Below are positions 57,786 to 64,000 of a DNA stretch of 64,000 nucleotides, in pieces (the first letter of the stretch is position 1; each line of letters starts with the position of its first letter). The notes beneath the pieces are model-generated. The model was not told the DNA's origin. It saw only the letters and a list, made by a program, of their open reading frames with translations, and ran no database searches. The position numbers and the translations under genes were made by a program. Source of the stretch: Leptospiraceae bacterium (GTDB lineage Bacteria; Spirochaetota; Leptospiria; Leptospirales; Leptospiraceae); contig JACKPC010000001.1 of assembly GCA_024233835.1 (NCBI GenBank), positions 1,285,442 through 1,349,441 on the forward strand. Reading direction: 5' to 3'.

Positions 57786-60334
57786 CAGTTTCCCTTTTTC
57801 TTTAGAAGATCCTGTTGGAGGCGGTTTAGAACCGAAATAGCTTCAAGAGGAGTCATTTTTTCAATCTCCAAAGAAAGAATTTCTTGTTTCAGAGTATCTT
57901 CTTCTGCCTCCTGCTTGATAGCATCCATATTAAAAAGAGTTGGTTCATTTGATTTGAACTGTATTGTTTTTTTACGGGATTCTAAACCTTCCAAAATTTC
58001 TTTTGCTCTCTGTATTGCTGATACGGGAACTCCGGCAAGCCTTGCCACATATATTCCAAAGGATTTCCTGGCCCTACCTTTCCGAACCTTTCTCATGAAG
58101 ATAATTGTATCTTCTTTTTCTACTACATCCATGTATAAATTAAAAATTCCGGTTTCTCTTTCTAACTCCGTGAGTTCATGGTAATGAGTGGCAAATAGAG
58201 TTTTCGTTTTGTCTCCCGGTTCAGAGTTATGATTTAAATATTCAATAATCGCCCAGGCAAGGCTCATCCCGTCATACGTGGAGGTTCCTCTTCCAATTTC
58301 ATCAAAAAGAATGAGGCTATCTTTGGTTTTATTTTTCAAGATGTAAGCTGTTTCTTTCATTTCCAGGAAGAAAGTAGATTCGCCGGAAGTCAAATTGTCT
58401 CCGGAACCAATTCGTGTAAAGACCTTGTCTACCAGGGCTAACTTCGCTTTTTTGGCCGGGATAAAGGAACCCATCTGGAATAAAATCTGGCAAATGGCCA
58501 CCTGTCTCATGAAAGTCGATTTGCCCGCCATATTGGGACCGGTAAGAATGGCAATGCTTGCATCGTAGCGATTCAGTTCAAGGGTATTCGGAACAAAACG
58601 CTCTCCCGGAGGAAGATAGGCTTCTACGACGGGGTGTCTTGCATCTTGTAGGGAAAGACTGCCATCCTCGCAAATTTCCGGTTTTATCCAGGAATATTTG
58701 TCATTGCAGATACAGAGAGATAAAATAAAATCCAGCTCTCCCACCTGTTTGGAAAGATTCAGGAGTGTATGAAAAAATTCGAGACATTTATTTAGCATAT
58801 TCTCAAATTCTATTTTTTCAATTTCCAGTATAATATCATCTGCTTCTAAAATAGTTCTTTCGATCTCATCTAATTCAGAAAAGGAAAAGCGCTCCGATGT
58901 AACCAGGGTCTGTTTTTTTATATAATTAGCCGGAACTGATTTGGCCTGAGCTCTGGAAATTTCTACAAAGTAACCCACTACCTTATTGTATCGAATTTTT
59001 AAGGTGTTGAGTCCTGTTTTCTTTTTTTCTTTTTCTTCTAAGTCTAAGATCCAGTCCTTACCCTTAGTCCTGGCCTCCCTGGCTCGATCCAGGGCTTCAT
59101 TAAAACCTTTACGTATAAACTCTCCCCCGGAACCTAAAATGGCCGGAAGTTCTCCCTCGGAAAGTCTTTCGGCGATATAAGAGTCTAATTGTGAAAGTTC
59201 CGATTCAGGGAAAATAAAACCATATTGCTTTTCATTTAAAAGATTATGAATAGAAGAAGCTATATCTATATTTTTTCTGATAGTCCTAAAATCTCTGGGT
59301 AAAGCCCTACCGGCACGAAAGCGGTTTAATATCCGTTCTGTATCAGCAAAAGAGGATAAAAATTCAGCGAGGGCTTTGCGAGTTTTCTTGTCGGTTTGTA
59401 GTTTTTCGATTTTATCCCAGGTATCTTCGATCATGAGTCGGTTTCGAAATGGAAAGAGAATACGATTCACAAGAATACGTTTACCGATGCCTGTAAAGCA
59501 GTGGTTCAGAACAGAAAAAAGGCTAAATTGCTTGTCTCTTGAAATCTGGTTTTCTACTAAGTCAAGATTTCTCGCTGTTTGTTCATCAATTTCCAGATAT
59601 TCTTTATCATCGATGATAACCGGACTTTTAAATTCAAAGCTATGATTTTTAAAGTTTTCATCGAGAACAAAACGGATAATGTTTTTCAATCTATAAAACT
59701 TACTTTCCGTTTCTCCATCAAAAGAAATTAAATTGGTATTGATATAAGAAAGGAGACAGGGAGGTTCTGTTAAAAACTCTCGAAATTTTTCTTTCTGGTG
59801 TTGGCAGAGGATAATTTCGCTTGGAGAAAACTTGGCAATAACTCCCAGAGCTTTAAGATAATTATCTTTACTATAGTGGCAGTAGTACAGGTCTGAGGTA
59901 GAAACATCGGCAAATCCTAAAAATACCGAGTTTTCCTCAAAATAGATAACACAAAAATAATTATTAGAAAAACCTTTTAAAAGGTTTTCTTCAACTACTG
60001 TCCCGGGGCTTAAAACCCGTACAACCTCTCTCTGTAATAACTTGGAATTACCTGTTGTATCTTTTATTTGTTCACAAATAACAACCTTACGGTTGGCCGA
60101 AATAAGCCTTGATATATAGTTTTCCGTTGCATGATAGGGGATGCCGCACATGGGAATCTTATTCTGTCGTTTTGTTAAAGCAATATCAAGGATAGCAGAG
60201 GCTTCTACTGCATCATCCCCGAACATTTCATAAAAATCTCCCATCCGAAAGAATAAAATGGCATCAGGATATTTGGCCTTGATTTCTTGAAACTGCCTCA
60301 TGGCAGGAGTATTCATGGGATCATTTTTTTGCAT
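57785..60334 (-). CDS. mutS: DNA mismatch repair protein MutS
   Basis: TPAMRQFQEIKAKYPDAILFFRMGDFYEMF, Walker A GPNMAGKST, STFFLEM, FATHYHEL. Confidence 0.95.
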   Translation of the reverse strand: MQKNDPMNTPAMRQFQEIKAKYPDAILFFRMGDFYEMFGDDAVEASAILDIALTKRQNKIPMCGIPYHATENYISRLISANRKVVICEQIKDTTGNSKLLQREVVRVLSPGTVVEENLLKGFSNNYFCVIYFEENSVFLGFADVSTSDLYYCHYSKDNYLKALGVIAKFSPSEIILCQHQKEKFREFLTEPPCLLSYINTNLISFDGETESKFYRLKNIIRFVLDENFKNHSFEFKSPVIIDDKEYLEIDEQTARNLDLVENQISRDKQFSLFSVLNHCFTGIGKRILVNRILFPFRNRLMIEDTWDKIEKLQTDKKTRKALAEFLSSFADTERILNRFRAGRALPRDFRTIRKNIDIASSIHNLLNEKQYGFIFPESELSQLDSYIAERLSEGELPAILGSGGEFIRKGFNEALDRAREARTKGKDWILDLEEKEKKKTGLNTLKIRYNKVVGYFVEISRAQAKSVPANYIKKQTLVTSERFSFSELDEIERTILEADDIILEIEKIEFENMLNKCLEFFHTLLNLSKQVGELDFILSLCICNDKYSWIKPEICEDGSLSLQDARHPVVEAYLPPGERFVPNTLELNRYDASIAILTGPNMAGKSTFMRQVAICQILFQMGSFIPAKKAKLALVDKVFTRIGSGDNLTSGESTFFLEMKETAYILKNKTKDSLILFDEIGRGTSTYDGMSLAWAIIEYLNHNSEPGDKTKTLFATHYHELTELERETGIFNLYMDVVEKEDTIIFMRKVRKGRARKSFGIYVARLAGVPVSAIQRAKEILEGLESRKKTIQFKSNEPTLFNMDAIKQEAEEDTLKQEILSLEIEKMTPLEAISVLNRLQQDLLKKKGN

Positions 60335-60953
60335 TCTGTATAAACTCTTTGATAAGATTCCTATCTTTCTTTCCGGGGAGTGATTCTACTCCTGAAGCTA
60401 CGTCAACACCAAAGGGTTTAACTTTTTGGATAGCTTCTCTTACATTACCCGGATTTAGACCGCCGGCCAGGAAGTATTTTCTTTGAATACCTCTCAGTAA
60501 ATCCCAATTAAAAGTTTCACCGGTGCCACCACCCGCATCTTTACTGTAGCTATCCAGAATCATGTATTCATTTGTAAATAACTCTATGTCCTCTACAATG
60601 AAATCATCCTTTACCTGAAATTGAGGAAGAAGCGGAATTCCAAAGCTTCCTAAAAAAAGGGGGAGTTCAAAGGATTCCTGAACAACATATTGAACATAGT
60701 CAAAGGAAAATTCGGAGAGAATGCTGGTAATTTCCTCTTCTGAATTTTTGTAAAAAAGAGCCACTAACTTCGCAGACCTTTCTTCTAAACCGGTAAAGAT
60801 AGAAAAGATTTCGGATAAGTTATCGGGTTCAATTTTGCGCTTACTAAAGGGAGAGAAATTAAAGCCAATGAAATCAGCTCCATATTCGAGGCAGGCCATG
60901 GCTATATCCGGGTCTTTTACGCCGCAGATCTTTACCTTAGTGTTCTGTTCCAT
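60321..60953 (-). CDS. trpF: Phosphoribosylanthranilate isomerase
   Basis: KICGV...ADFIGFNF...GGLNPGNV. It overlaps the mutS start by 14 nt. Confidence 0.8.
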   Translation of the reverse strand: MEQNTKVKICGVKDPDIAMACLEYGADFIGFNFSPFSKRKIEPDNLSEIFSIFTGLEERSAKLVALFYKNSEEEITSILSEFSFDYVQYVVQESFELPLFLGSFGIPLLPQFQVKDDFIVEDIELFTNEYMILDSYSKDAGGGTGETFNWDLLRGIQRKYFLAGGLNPGNVREAIQKVKPFGVDVASGVESLPGKKDRNLIKEFIQNAKK

Positions 60954-61041
60954 ACCTCTGAACAGATTTTTATATCAGGTTTTTTTGAAAATAGATTTTT
61001 AGAAAGGAAGGTGGCGTACACCACCTTCTGAGGATTGTTTT

Positions 61042-63228
61042 TTACACGATGAAAAGCATTTCCGAATAAGTAGGGAGAGGCCAGAGAGCTGTATCTACCA
61101 GGAGTTCGAGTTCATCGGCTATCTCTCTTGCTGTGTTCATAGCAGGGATGATCTTATCTTTGCAATAAGTAGCATGTTTCAGAACATCATCACTACTATC
61201 TTCGTGAGCGAGAATTTTATTTAGCTCGTCTAATTTCAACTTGAGCTTGCTGGTTTTCAGGCTAACTTCTTTTAAGAGTTCAATTTGAGGTGCCAGATCT
61301 GCATCCGAAAGAACAGATTTAGAAGCATTGATACTATCAGCGAGGTCTTTTTGATACTTGATACAGGCAGGAAGAATCTTAGTCTTTCCTATATCATGAG
61401 TAGCAATTCCTTCTCTTACGATAGACTTGTTGTAGTCTTCGAGGATAATATTATAGCGGCTTTCCACTTCACGAGCAGAAAGAACACTGTATCTACCAAA
61501 AAGGTTTACAATTCTATCTTCTTTTAGAACAGGAAGGGCATCTACGAGAGTTTTTAAATTAGGAAGACCTCTTTTAGCTGCTTCTTTTTGCCATTCTTCT
61601 GTATAGTTATCCCCGTTGAAGATGATTTTCTTGTGCTTCTTGATTTCATCAGCCAGAACAACCTCTACAGCTTTCTCAAGTGTCTTACCGGAAGACATTT
61701 CTTTTTCGATAGCGGTTGCCATGAGATCCAGTGTATAAGCTACAGCTGTATTCAGGGCAAGGTTCGGACCGCCAATAGAAAGAGAAGAAGGAACTGCACG
61801 GAATTCAAACTTATTACCGGTAAAAGCAAAAGGAGAGGTTCTATTCCTGTCAGTAGTATCCTTGGGTAAAGAAGGAATTGTAGAAACTCCAACCTGCATG
61901 AAGCTTCCTTTTTTAGAAGACTTGGCTCCACCTGCTTCCGCAATTTGCTCGATGATGTCGTTAAGCTGGTCTCCTAAGAAAACAGAAAGGATGGCCGGAG
62001 GAGCTTCGTTTGCACCGAGGCGGTGGTCGTTACCGGGGTTAGAAATCGATACACGGAGTAAATCACCAAACATGTCTACAGCTTTAATGGTCGCTACAAG
62101 AAATACGAGGAATTGAGCGTTTTCGTGGGGATTATCACCTGGCTCTAAAAGGTTATGTCCGTCAGTAGTAGCCATTGACCAGTTATTGTGTTTTCCACTA
62201 CCGTTTACCCCTTTGAAAGGCTTTTCATGGAGAAGGCAGGCCAGACCGTGCTTATTTGCTACTTTTTTCAGGATATCCATTACTAACTGGTTATGGTCCA
62301 TAGCTACGTTAGTAGTGGTAAAAATCGGAGCAATTTCGTACTGAGCGGGTGCTACTTCATTGTGTCTGGTTTTAACTGTTACACCTAAGGCCCAGAGTTC
62401 AGATTCTACATCTTCCATATATTCCTGGATTCTATCTTTGATAGAACCAAAGTAATGGTCTTCAGATTCCTGTCCTTTAATCGGTCTTGCACCGTATAGA
62501 GTTCTTCCGGTTGCAATCAAGTCCGGTCTTAAATTGTAGAAATTCTTATCGATTAAGAAATATTCCTGCTCGGGTCCTACTGTGGTTACTACACGAGGGC
62601 TGGTTGTATTTCCAAAAAGCTTCAGGATACGAAGAGCCTGTTGAGATAGAGCATCAATAGAACGAAGAAGAGGAGTCTTCTTGTCAAGAGCTTCTCCAGT
62701 ATATGAGCAGAATGCTGTAGGAATAACCAGTGTAGTGCCTCTTATAAAGGCAGGTGAGGTACAATCCCAGGCGGTATAACCTCTTGCTTCGAATGTTGCC
62801 CGAATTCCTCCGGAAGGAAAAGAAGAAGCATCCGGTTCGCCTTTAATTAATTGATCTCCACCAAAATCCATAATCACCTTACCACTTCCGGTAGGGTTAA
62901 TAAAAGAATCGTGTTTTTCAGCAGTAAGGCCTGTTAATGGATGAAACCAGTGGGTATAGTGGGTAGCTCCATGCTCAATTGCCCAGTCTTTCATGGCAGT
63001 AGCGACAACATCAGCTACTTCCGCTTCCAGGGGTAAACCCAGGTCTATGGTCTTTTTCAAAGACTTATAGATATTCTTGGGCAGGCGCTCTCTCATTACT
63101 ACATCATTAAATACCTTACTACCAAACAGTTCCGTAACAGGAATTTCTGTGTAATCAATCTCCGCTTCCCTTACTTCAGTGTTTGTGATGATTGAAATAG
63201 CTTCCTGTCTTGCTGTAATTTGCTCCAT
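61042..63228 (-). CDS. glnN: Glutamine synthetase type III
   Basis: 728 aa. GS catalytic regions are present (…[10 protein letters not shown]…, …[12 protein letters not shown]…). The length and N-terminal extension are characteristic of GSIII. Confidence 0.85.
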   Translation of the reverse strand: MEQITARQEAISIITNTEVREAEIDYTEIPVTELFGSKVFNDVVMRERLPKNIYKSLKKTIDLGLPLEAEVADVVATAMKDWAIEHGATHYTHWFHPLTGLTAEKHDSFINPTGSGKVIMDFGGDQLIKGEPDASSFPSGGIRATFEARGYTAWDCTSPAFIRGTTLVIPTAFCSYTGEALDKKTPLLRSIDALSQQALRILKLFGNTTSPRVVTTVGPEQEYFLIDKNFYNLRPDLIATGRTLYGARPIKGQESEDHYFGSIKDRIQEYMEDVESELWALGVTVKTRHNEVAPAQYEIAPIFTTTNVAMDHNQLVMDILKKVANKHGLACLLHEKPFKGVNGSGKHNNWSMATTDGHNLLEPGDNPHENAQFLVFLVATIKAVDMFGDLLRVSISNPGNDHRLGANEAPPAILSVFLGDQLNDIIEQIAEAGGAKSSKKGSFMQVGVSTIPSLPKDTTDRNRTSPFAFTGNKFEFRAVPSSLSIGGPNLALNTAVAYTLDLMATAIEKEMSSGKTLEKAVEVVLADEIKKHKKIIFNGDNYTEEWQKEAAKRGLPNLKTLVDALPVLKEDRIVNLFGRYSVLSAREVESRYNIILEDYNKSIVREGIATHDIGKTKILPACIKYQKDLADSINASKSVLSDADLAPQIELLKEVSLKTSKLKLKLDELNKILAHEDSSDDVLKHATYCKDKIIPAMNTAREIADELELLVDTALWPLPTYSEMLFIV

Positions 63229-63354
63229 ATTGTTTCCTTCTTCCTTATTAAAACTTCTATATACCCCATCTTTTTTTGATGGCTTATATTTTCAATCAAC
63301 CGGATCCAAAATGTCCGATTTTCTTTTCTAATATATTAGCAATAACCATGCCAA

Positions 63355-63882
63355 TTATTTTTCAAGCTCAAGTAATTCTGCTTTTAAGCCTTTTTCAGCT
63401 CGCTTTATAAGTGGAATAATTGATTTTACACTTACCTTTTTTTTTGTAGCGGTTAAAATCCTTTCGGATAGCTTAATTTTACGACGGATGTGGTTAATAG
63501 CTGGTAGAGTAGTCTGAAAATACTTTGCCAGCTCATGATCAGACATAGAAGAATTTTTACTTAAGAAGTCTTTAAGCATTTCATCCGTCCAAATAAGGTT
63601 CGCTGCACCTTTTTCGCGAAAATCAAATTTCTTTAACCTTTCCACCTGCCTTTCCGAACTTCCCTTACTTTTCTTTTTTTTCCAGTAGGGATGCCTGTTT
63701 CTTGCATACTGAATATCTTCTATTGTATATCCTGTTTTTTCTAACCATTCCCTTGTAATTTTCGCCCTCATCCCCCGACTTAAGCGGGATTGAATGGTTT
63801 TATCGATGTATTTATCCGGAGTTTTAGCAGAAAATAGCTTCTTCTTCTCGGCTTTATATTCCGATTCCGTTAATTCTTGCAT
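63355..63882 (-). CDS. Hypothetical basic (K/R-rich) protein
   Basis: ORF only. No recognised motif. Confidence 0.3.
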   Translation of the reverse strand: MQELTESEYKAEKKKLFSAKTPDKYIDKTIQSRLSRGMRAKITREWLEKTGYTIEDIQYARNRHPYWKKKKSKGSSERQVERLKKFDFREKGAANLIWTDEMLKDFLSKNSSMSDHELAKYFQTTLPAINHIRRKIKLSERILTATKKKVSVKSIIPLIKRAEKGLKAELLELEK

Positions 63883-64000
63883 CTGGCAACCTCATAGTAT
63901 TTTACTCCGAGAATTGCTTTCTTTTCGTTATGCGCATTTTCAGCTCAATAAAAGCAACATTCTCGGTTTTTTCTATCTGTAAATAGAAAAAAGGATTGTT

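Noticed and set aside
61285-62116. Three + strand ORFs within glnN
   Set aside because: They are antisense shadow ORFs inside the GSIII gene.
1-64000. Search for tRNA/rRNA, IS elements, integrases, toxin-antitoxin or known defence genes
   Set aside because: No cloverleaf-like sequences were found in any intergenic gap. No transposase, integrase or recombinase ORFs were found, and there were no recognisable restriction, Cas or Abi signatures. The window appears to be core or accessory chromosome rather than a mobile element.

Overview
This 64 kb window looks like a gene-dense chromosomal segment of a low-GC spirochaete; the Leptospiraceae assignment is an inference from gene content and is unconfirmed. 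The pointers are many LFxSC-type lipoproteins, HisKA_2, PAS, EAL and HDOD signalling proteins, a Loa22-like OmpA lipoprotein, and LamG 'DDVRIYNRVLTxxEI' proteins. I found no rRNA, tRNA, CRISPR array, transposase or integrase. The window opens with two very large, convergent, secreted adhesin-like proteins that share a hairpin terminator. The first (5' truncated) has Ig-like repeats, a 6-blade NHL propeller and 4-5 LamG domains; the second has tandem Ig-like repeats, FN3 and 2 LamG domains. Next come a frameshifted lpxA, then a translationally coupled flotillin-like (SPFH) protein and a DUF2339-like polytopic membrane protein. A signalling block follows: HDOD protein, aldehyde dehydrogenase and PAS histidine kinase on the minus strand, and a divergent EAL phosphodiesterase. 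After that is a compact suf operon (sufC-sufD-Rieske-sufS-sufU-sufT, no sufB in the window) preceded by a Fur-family-like 7-1-7 palindrome. Housekeeping and accessory genes fill much of the rest: RidA, a PP2C phosphatase with a membrane domain, crotonase, DUF192, PhoD-like phosphatase, a 616-aa alpha/beta hydrolase fusion, aroD, lipoprotein pairs including an LpoB-like one, a C-N hydrolase, dprA, and an aldolase-SDR fusion. A possible accessory islet (38.4-42.6 kb) holds nnrS, two tandem TRL-like lipoproteins, two hypotheticals and a Tat-lipoprotein nitroreductase-like protein. Downstream are an OmpA lipoprotein, rluD, DUF971, an LTA-synthase/sulfatase-family protein, ctaA-ctaB, suhB, an alpha/beta hydrolase overlapping a Pnkp-like kinase-phosphatase, hisE, and a thioredoxin-TPR protein. 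The window ends with a long minus-strand run: glnN (GS type III), trpF, mutS, yggS, modA, modB, modC. No single obviously novel defence-type system is evident from sequence alone. The most unusual loci are the nnrS/TRL/nitroreductase-like islet, the flotillin-DUF2339 pair, the aldehyde dehydrogenase embedded in a c-di-GMP signalling operon, the atypical suf cluster with its upstream palindrome, and the lpxA homopolymer frameshift.
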